Assembly: GCA_963816145.1 (NCBI GenBank)
Contig: CAWFJP010000030.1
Span: 544,001-608,000 of the forward strand
DNA from: an uncultured delta proteobacterium
GTDB taxonomy: Bacteria > Desulfobacterota > Binatia > UBA9968
DNA length: 64,000 nt
Reading direction: 5' to 3'
Below, one piece after another: positions 29,876 to 40,509 of this stretch (the first letter of the stretch is position 1; the number at the start of each line of letters is the position of its first letter). Made by a program: the position numbers and the translations under genes. The notes under the pieces were generated by a model. That model saw nothing but the letters and a program-made list of their open reading frames with translations, had not been told where the DNA came from and searched no databases.

Positions 29876-32302
29876 ATGGAACGCTACATCTGCATACACG
29901 GCCACTTCTACCAACCACCCCGGGAGAATCCCTGGCTTGAAGCCATCGAGCTGCAAGATTCTGCCTACCCCTACCATGACTGGAATGAACGCATCACCGC
30001 GGAATGCTATGCACCCAACTCGGTGGCGCGCATCGTCGATGGCGACAATCGCATCATCAAGCTGATCAACAACTACGCCCGTATCAGTTTTAACTTCGGC
30101 CCGACCTTACTGTCATGGCTCGAGGACAAAGCACCGGAAGTTTATGCGGCAATCCTCGACGCCGACCGTGACAGCCGGCAGCGTTTCTCCGGCCATGGCT
30201 CAGCGCTGGCGCAAGTCTACAATCATATGATCATGCCGCTGGCCAACAGCCGCGACCGCAAGACCCAGATCCGCTGGGGTATCGGCGATTTTACCAAGCG
30301 TTTCCAACGCGCGCCGGAAGGCATGTGGCTGGCGGAAACCGCCGTCGACATCGAAACATTGGAGCTGCTCGCCGAAGCGGATATCCGCTTTGTCATTTTA
30401 GCGCCGCACCAGGCCGCCCGGGTCCGGCCCATCGGCGAGCGCCAATGGCAAGTGATCAACGGCGAAGTCATCGATCCCAGCCGGGCCTATCGCCAGGCGC
30501 TGCCCTCGGGCCGCACCATCGCGCTGTTTTTTTATGACGCGCCGATCGCCCGCGCGGTCGCCTTCGAAGGCGTGTTGTCCCAGGGCGAACGCTTCGTCGA
30601 CAAACTCATGGGCGGCTTTTCCGATGGGCGGGATTGGCCGCAGCTGGTGCATATCGCCACCGATGGTGAGAGCTATGGCCATCATCATAGATTCGGCGAC
30701 ATGACGCTGGCCTACGCCCTAGACCAGATCGAGACCAAACAGCCGGCGCGCCTAACCAACTACGGCGAGTTTCTCGAAAAACATCCACCGGTTTTCGAGG
30801 TCGAAATAGCAGAGAAGACTTCCTGGAGTTGCGCCCACGGCATTGGACGCTGGTGGAGCGACTGCGGTTGCAACTCGGGCGCCAACCCCGGTTGGAACCA
30901 AAAATGGCGCACGCCGCTGCGCAACGCCCTCGACGGCCTGCGCGATGCGGTCCTGCCCCTCTGGCAACAGCGGGCTGCGGAGTTTTTCAAAAACATTTGG
31001 TTCGCCCGGGACTCCTATATCGAGGTCATCCTCGATCGTTCGGCCCGATCCACTAAGCGATTTTTCGACCGCCACGCAGCCCGGCCATTGACCGGCGCGG
31101 AAAAAATTGAAGCCCTCAAGCTGCTCGAGCTGCAGCGCCATTTGTTGCTCATGTACACCAGCTGCGGCTGGTTTTTTGACGATATCACCGGCATCGAGAC
31201 CGTCCAGGTGATACAATTCGCCGGCCGCGCCGTACAACTAGCCGAAGAACTCTTCGGCAACGCTTATGAAGAGCGCTTCATCGAGCGGCTCGCCAGCGCG
31301 CGCAGCAATCTGCCGGATCACGGTCGACGGCAAAGAAATCTACGACAAACTCGTCCGCTCCGCCCGGGTCGACTGGGAGCGGGTCGGCGCGCATTATGCC
31401 GTGAGTTCGTTATTTAATGCGATGCCCGACCACGCCAAAGTTTATTGCTACCGCGCCGAGCGAAAAAATCTGCAGACTTTCGTCGCCGGCAAGGCTAAAC
31501 TAGCGGTGGGCGACGTCTTACTCAGCTCCGAAATCACCGGCGAGACTACCGCGCTCAGTTTCGGCGCCCTTCATTTAGGCGATCACAACGTCAACGGCGG
31601 CGTGCGGCCCTCCCTTGGCGAGGCCATCGAGAGCTACCTCGTCCGCGAATTGGCCGAGCCGTTCATGCGTGCCGATTTCGCCGAAGTCCTTCGGCTCATG
31701 GACCGCCGCTTCGGTGAATCGAACTATTCGCTTGCGCTCGCTGTTCCACGACGAGCAGCGCAAATTGATCGAAAAAATTTTGCAGGCCGCGCTTGCGGAA
31801 ACCGAAACGTTTTACCGGCAGATATACGATCAGCGCGCGCCACTCCTGCGATTTCTCAATAGCTTGAACATGCCGCCACCGAGGGCGCTGCGCGGTCCTG
31901 CCGAATTGGTTATCAATGGCGACCTGCGCCGACCAACTGGAGCAGGACGAGATCGACATCGAGCGGGTAAAACAGTTACTCGCCGCGGCAGCCGCCGAGT
32001 CGATCGCGCTCGACAGCGCGACATTGGAGTTTACCTATCGAAAGACCCTCGAACGCATCGCCGAAGCGTTCGCTGAAGAACCGCAGCTCGCGCGACTCGA
32101 TCGTTTGAATCGAGCCACCGAAGCGCTCGCGCTGCTGCCATTCACGGTCAATTTGTGGAAAGTGCAAAATTATTTTTACCAGACCATGCAGCGCTGTTCC
32201 GACGCCGATCGGCAGGGCCTGGCTTGGGACGATGGCGACAAAAGCGAATGGAATCGCTGCCTTAAAGAAGCCGGCGAAAAACTTGCGGTCCGAGTCCTCT
32301 GA
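29876..32302 (+). pseudogene. GH57 / DUF3536 glycoside hydrolase, split by three +1 frameshifts (possibly assembly errors)
   Basis: HGHFYQPPRENPW, GMWLAETAVD, ATDGESYGHH, MYTSCGWFFD; coding frame shifts near 31325, 31733 and 31933. Confidence 0.8.
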
Positions 32303-32760
32303 TCCCATCGAAAACGCCAGCGCCCATCTCACAGACGCCATCGGCGCCGCGGCCGATTAACAAGAGTCACTCGTCAGTGAGCAGCACATTGACTTCCCTT
32401 TGCAAGGCAGCCTATCACAAGCGGCCGGCAATCGGCGACGCTAGAACGTTCGCGAACAACACGCCATAGAGCATCGTCATGCCGCCAAGCCCAAAGCTCC
32501 AGGCAAACTATTGGAAAATCGACGGCAAAGCTTGTAGAACCTGTGATCTACGCAAAATAAAAACTCAGCCCAAGTCTTACTTCAGCCGCCTGCGCATCGG
32601 TCGGGTTATGGCAGACTACCCCTCCCCGCAGCCCCCGTCGAGGCTGGGATTTCACTCTCATTCATCCGGTATTGTGAATCTGCTTGAACTAAACATTTTC
32701 ACGACAACCCCTACTTGCTGAAATCAGCCGAGCAGGCTAGGTTGTTGAATTCAAATACGT

Positions 32761-32855
32761 GGAGAAGGAAGGTGCCCGGTGGTGCCGCTGGTCTTCAAAA
32801 CCAGTCTGGGGGCCGTAAGGTTCCCGGAGGGTTCGACTCCCTCCCTTCTCCGCCA
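32761..32855 (+). tRNA. selC: tRNA-Sec (anticodon TCA)
   Basis: 8-bp acceptor GGAGAAGG/CCTTCTCC, anticodon arm CTGGT-CTTCAAA-ACCAG, long variable arm, GTTCGACTCC T loop, GCCA end. Confidence 0.96.
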
Positions 32856-33104
32856 AGAAAGTTTTGACAATTCAATAGGTTATATTTTGCGAAACTAGTC
32901 TGTAGCCCATCGGTAGCCCAAAATCGGATGACCGGTATTATCAAGAGAGCGCGAATCACAACAATTTTCACTTCTTCTTTTCCGTTTCCTCAGCAATGTT
33001 GGTGAAAAATCGCGACACATACCATGTTAGGCGAGTGGCCATCGTGATTTACAATTGCGCAATCTTTCACTCCGATATTTTTTGACAATTAACCAAAAAA
33101 ACCT

Positions 33105-33150
33105 TGGGAACAGGCGACGGGGAGTGAACCTGTGCCGTCCAGGTTGGAAA
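33105..33150 (-). pseudogene. Degenerate 3' half of a tRNA-Gly(TCC)-like gene
   Basis: Minus strand TTCCAACCTGGACGGCACAGGTTCACTCCCCGTCGCCTGTTCC resembles tRNA-Gly from anticodon to acceptor end; no 5' half. Confidence 0.45.
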
Positions 33151-33465
33151 TTTTCTATTAAAATTAATCGTTTCTTCTATTGCGGCAAGAACTTAGTGGA
33201 TACTTTGCGCTCCTAACACCTTCTTCCGGCCTTCAGCAATTTCAACGGGTTTCACACGTTATACTTTTGTCGTGGGCACGTTTTGGGCACGGGGGTCGAA
33301 CAATTTTGTGATTGCCACATGTGTATCGATCAACCGGCAACTCTTGAATCTCATCCTCGAATAACCTTAACACCGCTCGCTTGATGTGCGTCTTGTTCGC
33401 TAAAGCGGAAGCGAAATTGCTCCAGTCCGGTCGCTGGCAGGGTGAAAACAGTGCTCCCATTAATC

Positions 33466-33512
33466 GGGGTCCCCGGAACCCTAGGTACAGGTTCGATTCC
33501 TGTCGGGCGCCA
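33466..33512 (+). pseudogene. 3' half of a tRNA-Arg(CCG)-like gene (att-site relic)
   Basis: GGGGT-CCCCGGA-ACCCT anticodon arm, perfect T arm ACAGG-TTCGATT-CCTGT, CGGGCGCCA end; no matching 5' acceptor strand. Confidence 0.65.
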
Positions 33513-34165
33513 TAAATAATTTTTAAAGAGCGTTTCCCAAAATTCCAGTCGAAACAAAATGATGGAGTTGCCCATAAACTTGCCCAAACTCGTTGGCTCC
33601 GTCGCCCATTGTAAATATTATTCGTCACCGGCCGTTCCATTTATTAGAGCATCTTCGTTCGCGACATGTTCCCCGCAAGTAATGAAACCCCATCGTGCGG
33701 TTGTCCAACAGAGCCATAAACAGAATGTGCGCGTGCCTGGGTAACTCAGCGCTATCGCAGACAAGGCTCCGCCGCTCTGCTCGACAACCGCAATATGCAG
33801 ATCACAGTGCGCCCGCCGGCATTACGACGATTTAACTAGGAAACCGATGGAGAAAGTTCCAGGTGGTCCCGGGACGAGTGTTGATCTAAATTCACGCCGA
33901 CATGTTGAATGCCAGCAAAGTCGAATGGGATAAAGATACGATTAGACCGAAGGTGGGAGTCGCGAAATATGAAAGTGGAGCAGCAGGTGAGACAAGTGCG
34001 GCGAATTTTTCACTCTGAGAAAGACACTTGAAATCTTAGAATATGTCGAGCTGAGTGGGACAATTGGATAAGGCTCAGAAAGGTTTCTTGTATCCCTAAG
34101 AGCCCGATCACAAGTGAACCCAACGGTTACGGATGGAAGCCTGGCTGTCCGAGCGAACTAGCCAG

Positions 34166-35671
34166 CTACGAAATCGTACGCTGACGAGGGAAGCGGAGTT
34201 GTGTTGTGCTGACGTTGTTTTCAGTTACCGGGCTCACCTCGGGCCGCTGAGGGCGAAACTGTTTCTTATCGAGACCGTAGAGACGCATTTTGCGAAAAAG
34301 CGTTCTTACACAAATGCCGGAGTTAGCCGCGGCCTGATCGATGCTGCCGTGAAACGCTTCGAGTTGTTTCACTAAGTATGCCTTTTCTTGTTCTCTGATC
34401 CACTGCACGAACGTTACGCCGGTTGAATTGTTTGCTCGATTTACCTCACGCGGTGGAGGCTCGTCCACAAGATCCACCTTCGCGATTACCGGTAAAGGCG
34501 CCAGTACCACAGCTTTCTCGAGCACGTTCTGCAGTTCGCGAACATTGCCAGGCCACGAATGATGCATAAGCTGGCTCATTGCTTGCCGAGAGATTTCCGT
34601 AATCCCCTTTTGCACCGCGAAGGGGTGCTTTCGTAGGAAATTCTCCACCAGCAACGGGATGTCGGCGCGCCGCTGTCGTAGCGGCATCAGCTCAATCGAA
34701 ACCACATTTATGCGATAGTAAAAATCGCTCCGCATCTTTTGTTGCACAACAAGCTCCTTGCCAGGAACGTTGGTTGCGGCGATGACCCGCATATCGATAT
34801 CATACTTCCGATTCCCACCCAGCCGTTGGACCTTGCGATCCTCGAGGACGCGGAGAAGTTTTGCCTGCATCGATAGCGACATGCTTTCTATTTCATCCAG
34901 GAAAAGCGTACCCCCATGGGCTAACTCGATCATTCCCGCCCTTGAGTGATCTGCGCCTGTGAAGGCTCCTCTCTCGAACCCGAAAAGTTCGCTCTCGAGC
35001 AGTGCGTCTGGCACACCCGCACAATTGATCGTCACGAGTTTTCCCTCGCGCCGCGCGCTTCGCTCATGAATCGCCTTTGCGACGAGCTCCTTTCCAGTGC
35101 CAGTTTCGCCTTCTACCAACACCGTCACATCCATGTTTGAAACCATCCGGATGGTTTCAAAGACACGGTACATTTCGGGAGTTCTGCTGAGCATGCCGAC
35201 AAATTCGAAGCTATCAGCGAAGCTTCGTCGCATATGTCGAACCTCAGTAAAAATTTGACCCTTTTCTAACGCAGAACTTGTCGAGGTTTGCACAGCTTCA
35301 GCGTTGATTGGCGTGCTAATGAAGTCACTGACGCCTAACTTAAGCGCCTTGACCGCGACCTCAATGTCTCTTTCACCGGTGATGACTATGACCGGAACGT
35401 CCGAGTGCACTTTTCGTAGACGCTCAATGAATCTGATCCCATCGAGGTCTGGTAAGTGAACGTCGGTCACCACCAGGTCCGTTGAGCCATCAGCTACTTG
35501 CTCCAGCGCCTGTTGACCCGACTGCAGCACAGACACCAGATAGGCACATTGAGCAAAAAGACGCTGTAGTTGTGCGCAAACCACCGCGTCAGAATTAATG
35601 AGGAGAATTCGCGGCAAGCGCGGCTCGTCCTGGGGCGTTTGCGTTGTCGTGCCTTCGCCCATCTTAGTCAA
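34166..35671 (-). CDS. Sigma-54-dependent response regulator (NtrC/AtoC family)
   Basis: Receiver LVVTDVHLP, GETGTGKE, ESELFG...GAFTGA, WPGNVREL, C-terminal Fis-type HTH. Confidence 0.92.
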   Translation of the reverse strand: MTKMGEGTTTQTPQDEPRLPRILLINSDAVVCAQLQRLFAQCAYLVSVLQSGQQALEQVADGSTDLVVTDVHLPDLDGIRFIERLRKVHSDVPVIVITGERDIEVAVKALKLGVSDFISTPINAEAVQTSTSSALEKGQIFTEVRHMRRSFADSFEFVGMLSRTPEMYRVFETIRMVSNMDVTVLVEGETGTGKELVAKAIHERSARREGKLVTINCAGVPDALLESELFGFERGAFTGADHSRAGMIELAHGGTLFLDEIESMSLSMQAKLLRVLEDRKVQRLGGNRKYDIDMRVIAATNVPGKELVVQQKMRSDFYYRINVVSIELMPLRQRRADIPLLVENFLRKHPFAVQKGITEISRQAMSQLMHHSWPGNVRELQNVLEKAVVLAPLPVIAKVDLVDEPPPREVNRANNSTGVTFVQWIREQEKAYLVKQLEAFHGSIDQAAANSGICVRTLFRKMRLYGLDKKQFRPQRPEVSPVTENNVSTTQLRFPRQRTIS

Positions 35672-36190
35672 CGAAGTGATAAGTCATGACAGCAACGGAT
35701 ATTCCCTGAATGTTTCGGTCATGTGTCATTTTTTTGACGCAACGGTTAAGTTCTGACCGAATCTGGCAACATCGTGGCTCCGCGGTGAGTAATCGCCGTA
35801 ACACCGCCAAAATACGATGAACGTTCCAATTAAGGAACTAGATACGCGCGACTATTGATATTTGCGAATTAAAGTGACTTCTTTTTGCGCCAATTACCTA
35901 AATAACGGGTCACAATATCTCGCAAGGCTCAATAGTTATAAAGATGACGATCAATTGTCAACAGTTTCGGTGACAGACTGATCAAGGGTGAGGAAGGGAG
36001 CGGCTGGAACGACAGGATTAAACCGATGGTGATGCGAGAAATGAGTGTTAACGAACTCCTCAGCGAATTCTTTGATGAGATTTATGTCATAACTTCAGAT
36101 ACTTACAGATGCCAAAAGAAGGAGTTTTGATCCAATAAAATACCTTTTTGAGAATTCCAGGCAGCGAACCGAGGGACCTGCGGTGGACAT

Positions 36191-36664
36191 CTATGCACAG
36201 AAATTGCGCAGGCCGTTTTTCAAAATCAGCACAGCAACCGTTGCACAGATCGCGTCAAATTCTGTCGAAATTTTCAACGCTGCCCCAACTAACATGATGA
36301 TCACATGGAGATTCGACGGGGTTAACTGGTCGGACAGTTTTAAAATCTCTTCGTTTGTACCCAACGTCTTTCGCAGTTCGCAGCTCATTTCGGCAAGGTA
36401 GCGAATGCCATCTCGCTTGAGTTCCTCATGGACAACCTCGAACCATTCATTTCGTTCGATCAGATCTGGCCTCAAAATGTCGATGAAGTTAACCGCCACG
36501 TTGGCCTGACGCACAGCGGAAAGAAAGGTTACGATACCGGCTGCCCGCGTCGGCTTTGCACATCCCAGCAACTGCATGCCCAAGACGGCGTATAAGTCGT
36601 CGGTGCCGACGGAAAAAAGTTTCATCGCACCGTCAACCAGTGCGGTCTCTCGATCTTCCGTCAC
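36191..36664 (-). CDS. Hypothetical protein
   Basis: 157-aa ORF co-oriented with neighbours, purine-rich SD-like upstream; no motif recognised. Confidence 0.55.
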   Translation of the reverse strand: MTEDRETALVDGAMKLFSVGTDDLYAVLGMQLLGCAKPTRAAGIVTFLSAVRQANVAVNFIDILRPDLIERNEWFEVVHEELKRDGIRYLAEMSCELRKTLGTNEEILKLSDQLTPSNLHVIIMLVGAALKISTEFDAICATVAVLILKNGLRNFCA

Positions 36665-36788
36665 GCAGTTCGCCCCTATGATTCAAAAAAGATTTTTATG
36701 CCATACCAATCAGCAGTGATATTTGACCAAGCTCGAACGCTAATTACCGCTGTTAGACGCGCAAACTAACCTCCATGGCGGAACGGAT

Positions 36789-38135
36789 TCAAAGCGAAAT
36801 GATTTTGGGACTGCGAAAGTTCTTGAAGCCGTTCCGGCTATCGATGATCAGCACGTTTTGCGCCGCGATCGTTGCGTAGTCGAAACTTGGATGGTCGTTT
36901 AATAACACGACACAATCCATCGACGCAACAACTTTCGCTGAAACCTGGATTGATTTCATCAGCGCACCAGCGATCTCTATGGATTTCAACTCGGGATCGG
37001 CGAACTCTACGGAAACACCCTTCTGTCGCAAACCGCCCAGGACTTCGAGAGCGGCGGACTCACAGATCCCGCTTGTGTCACGCGGATGACTAATACCCAA
37101 AGCTAGAACTTTTGCACCCTTGAGACTCTTGCCTTCGCCATTTAGCGCATCGGCGAGTCGTTCGATTATGAAAGGTGAAACTTGCGCGTTAATGTCGGTC
37201 GCCAATTCAATCATCCGCAGGTGAAATCCCGCCAGCCCGGTCTTCGACGCAATGTAGCGTGCGTCGACCGGAGCTACATCGCTACCCACGCCGGGTCCAG
37301 GATGAAAGGCCATGAATCCAAACGGCTTGGTGCGCGCCGCGTCGATCACCTCCCAAACGCTAACGCCAAGCTTGTGAGAAAGTACTGCCAATTCATTGAT
37401 GACGGCAGTGTTTACCGTGCCGAAGGTATTTTCCAATAGTTTTGCCATCTCCGCTGTCTCGACTGATGAAACTGGAATTACCGTGTCGACAAACTGTTGG
37501 TAAAATATTGTCGCCAGATCAGTACAATAAGAGGTTATGCCGCCAATAACTCTTGGCGTATCATGGATGCTGCTGCGTGAGTGATCGAGACCGAGCCGCT
37601 GAGGTGCGTAGGCAAGGAAAAAATCTTCGCCGACTTGCAGCCCGCTCTCTTCCAAAACGGCTAATATCAACTTGCGCATCGCGCCTGGATAAGCCGTGCT
37701 TTCCAGTACGATTAATTGGCCCGGTCGCAAATGATTTTTGATCGACTCGATGGCCGCGACGACATACGATAGCGACGGTTCGTTAGCCTGTTGTAGCGGC
37801 GTTGGCACGCATATCACCACCGCATCGAGTTGCTCAACCGCTGCTAACGATTGACTGGCCTTGATCTGACTCTTCTCGACGAACTGCAAGAGTGTCGCGC
37901 TTGGCACCTCAACGTAGTCCGATATCCCAGCGTTCACAGCGTTCACACGTGCTCCATCGAAATCGACGCCAGTGACGCTAAAGCCTGCCTTAGCCATCTC
38001 GACGGCCGCAGAAATCCCAGCGTATCCCAGACCAACAACACCGACGGCAGCGCTGCGATTGCGAAGCTTGTCTTCTAAGACTGACCGCGAGTCGGTCATT
38101 TGTGAATACTGCGGTTTGAAATGGCCCAAACTCAT
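36789..38135 (-). CDS. UDP-glucose/GDP-mannose dehydrogenase family (WbpA/WecC-like), catalytic Cys absent
   Basis: GLGYAG, ICVPTP, LESTAYPG, AEMAKLLENT; GPGVGSDVAPVD where the family has GPGxGGHCIPxD; SD aggag. Confidence 0.85.
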   Translation of the reverse strand: MSLGHFKPQYSQMTDSRSVLEDKLRNRSAAVGVVGLGYAGISAAVEMAKAGFSVTGVDFDGARVNAVNAGISDYVEVPSATLLQFVEKSQIKASQSLAAVEQLDAVVICVPTPLQQANEPSLSYVVAAIESIKNHLRPGQLIVLESTAYPGAMRKLILAVLEESGLQVGEDFFLAYAPQRLGLDHSRSSIHDTPRVIGGITSYCTDLATIFYQQFVDTVIPVSSVETAEMAKLLENTFGTVNTAVINELAVLSHKLGVSVWEVIDAARTKPFGFMAFHPGPGVGSDVAPVDARYIASKTGLAGFHLRMIELATDINAQVSPFIIERLADALNGEGKSLKGAKVLALGISHPRDTSGICESAALEVLGGLRQKGVSVEFADPELKSIEIAGALMKSIQVSAKVVASMDCVVLLNDHPSFDYATIAAQNVLIIDSRNGFKNFRSPKIISL

Positions 38136-38327
38136 ATTGGTTCTCCTATGAAAAGTTCCCTTTTCATCCTTTTTCCAATTTTGTCGGCGATCACGCACAA
38201 AGCGACTTTCAACCTGTCGTCTCCATTGATGCCAACAGTCTCTATTCGTTTGCTGAATGAATTGAGATTTTGCCCAGGGGCGGGCCTTGGCAAGGTGGAA
38301 GCAAGTTCGCTGCTCGATCTTCCGGTC

Positions 38328-39416
38328 TCAAAATTGAAGTTTTGTCCGGAAACGTTTAGGCATTAACAAGTAAGGAGGCACTAAGAATAAATTTCGGGAT
38401 TCCACTCCCGATGATACGAGAGTGTTCCAAAGAATTTTAAGATTTCTTTCGCTTAAAATCGGTCCGAACTCTTTTCCAGCCACCAAATATCGATCGATCA
38501 ACCCATGGACGATCGTTAGATTTAAATTCCTCAAGGCCCGCTGCTTGCAGCGTAACGCATCCAGCACAGAAGGGGCAACATAGACAATTTGATGTTTAGC
38601 CATATAGCTGAGCAAAAGGTAAAGATGTGTGGCGGCAATCGATCCGTCCACCCAGCTTAAAATTCGCTGCCAATTCACTTGTTGCCCGCAGTTTTTTAAG
38701 AGACAAATCAAGTCAAGGAACGCCACCATGCCGCCGACGACGTTAAAATCACTAGCCCAATGGGAAGCGACGTAGGCGATTTGAAGCTCGTTGCTAAGAC
38801 GGTTTACGCTTCTTCCTTGAAACTCTGAAGGCTGGAGCTGGGCTTTTACATTTTCGAGGCCAAAAAGCTTGTCATGGCTCACTCTATTTTGCGACGAAAA
38901 CAGTGCGCGATGAACTTCTATCCAAACGCCTTTTTGGGGATGGTACCAGGGCATATCGTGATGATGGTTTTGGTAAAACGTCTTGAACCGCCTGTAACGC
39001 TGGCGATAGCCTAGCTTTATGAGCAAAGCGTTGATCTGAACCAAGTCGCTGCTGTCAATGAGAAAGTCTATGTCCCGCATGGCTCTTAAATGTGGCGCGG
39101 GATAGTGCTGACCACAAATCGAAATACCCTTGAGAAGGGCAAGAGGAGCCATCTGGCTTTCGCAACCATCAATAATCTCAACCATAGCGTCAACGTGCTC
39201 CATGGTGAGCACTCGCGCAGTTAGATCAGCTCCTCTCAACAAAGGCCATGATGGCGAAGCTGGGGCTTGAGAATCGGTTTTGGTGGCGTGGACTAAGAGG
39301 GCGCCCAAGCCATTTGCGAGCGCCCAACGGATCTCTGCTTCGCCGAAGCTCGCTAACCTTAAGTCCGACCGGTCTTGAGAAATAGCCTGCAGGAGAGAGA
39401 TCAGTTGCAAAGCCAT
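38328..39416 (-). CDS. Nucleotidyltransferase family protein (NTP_transf_5-like)
   Basis: LLKG...HYP...RAMRDIDFLI, IEVHRAL, FLDL motifs. Confidence 0.8.
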   Translation of the reverse strand: MALQLISLLQAISQDRSDLRLASFGEAEIRWALANGLGALLVHATKTDSQAPASPSWPLLRGADLTARVLTMEHVDAMVEIIDGCESQMAPLALLKGISICGQHYPAPHLRAMRDIDFLIDSSDLVQINALLIKLGYRQRYRRFKTFYQNHHHDMPWYHPQKGVWIEVHRALFSSQNRVSHDKLFGLENVKAQLQPSEFQGRSVNRLSNELQIAYVASHWASDFNVVGGMVAFLDLICLLKNCGQQVNWQRILSWVDGSIAATHLYLLLSYMAKHQIVYVAPSVLDALRCKQRALRNLNLTIVHGLIDRYLVAGKEFGPILSERNLKILWNTLVSSGVESRNLFLVPPYLLMPKRFRTKLQF

Positions 39417-39430
39417 TGGCCTCTCGTTGC

Positions 39431-40260
39431 TCAAACAGAGCCGATCAGGGTAGCTTTGATGAGGGCGTAGGTTTCGCCAAGACCAGCGGTCATGAGCTAG
39501 TAAGCAACGATTCGTTCAGCAATGCCAATGGCCGCGTCCGGGGCGTTTCCGGAGTGAGATCCGGGATTTAGAGCGCCGGCGAGCAATTGCACAACCGTCC
39601 TGGGTTTAGGCACAATTCGAATCTAAGGTCGTGTGGCTTCCGGGCCGTATTGCACAAAGAACACGGCCGCAAGCGGAGTCCGGCTTTCACTAATGCCGCT
39701 TGGAAATGCGCCCGTCGGGATCCATACCATCCGCGATGGCTCTATTTTGCAGCTTGGAAGTTCAAAACTCGGTGACTCCCGCCGCAGTCAAAGAGCGCGT
39801 CGATAGGGATACACGTACATGGTTTTGAGGTACACCGGCGAAATTTCATCGCTAGGTAACGGATCCCTTCGTATAACAACGACAAAGCGGTTGTCGATTT
39901 GCCCCATTTGCTTGGGGCAACGAACATACATGCCGTGCCCGCAAATTCCAGTACAGCACCACGGACAAATAGGAGGTCGTCGCGCAATTTCCGCAATTGT
40001 ATACTAATGCCCTGCGCGAAAAGATAAAGAAACTCACCATCGCACCTTGTTTTGTGAGATATTCGCTTTCCATTAGGAATCTAAAACTCCCCCGACGCAA
40101 CGTCTCAGCCGATCGTTGTAGTTTAGATCCACAGACGTGCACTCGGATTGCCTTTGGCCGTAGTTTGCGCTTAAAAGTGCCGCGGCCTCGGCGCTCTCAC
40201 AACAAATAGTTGCTTTGCAATCACAAGTCTTAAGGATGATTTTTCTAGGCTTTCACACAT
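39431..40260 (-). pseudogene. Decayed paralog of the HprK-related kinase
   Basis: Fragments CCESAEAAALLSANYG, RGAVLEFAG...APSKWGKSTT...GIRYL, ALNPGSH...DAAIGIA, ETYALIKATL align in order with 40791-41660; frameshifts and an in-frame TAG. Confidence 0.75.
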
Positions 40261-40509
40261 TTTCTTTATAGGTGAGGAAGAACGACAAATTTCACCACAC
40301 GACGATCGATCACCGCGCGGTGAGTTAGAGATTTGGCAACAAATGCTACGAGGTCGATGAGTGTTTGGGGGGGGCGAGGCAAATCGTTCGGTCGTTTTGA
40401 AACTACCTCAATCGCGAACCGATTTTGCAGGAAGACGCTCGGCGTTACAATTAACTTCGCTCTGTTTAACTGCTACCGGCGAGCCGACGGAGACAATTAA
40501 AAGTCCCTG

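Noticed and set aside
31266-32076. Programmed frameshifting in the GH57 gene
   Set aside because: No slippery sites; three +1 shifts match the error pattern seen elsewhere
33242-33640. ORF as an integrase remnant
   Set aside because: No R-H-R-Y catalytic motifs recognised; part of it is reverse-translated tRNA sequence
33864-33890. Possible third tRNA 3' fragment (Leu-like, minus strand)
   Set aside because: Too short and degenerate to support by eye
35764-35779. TGGCAACATCGTGGCT as a sigma-54 promoter
   Set aside because: GG-N10-GC spacing fits, but the match is weak and it points away from the local genes
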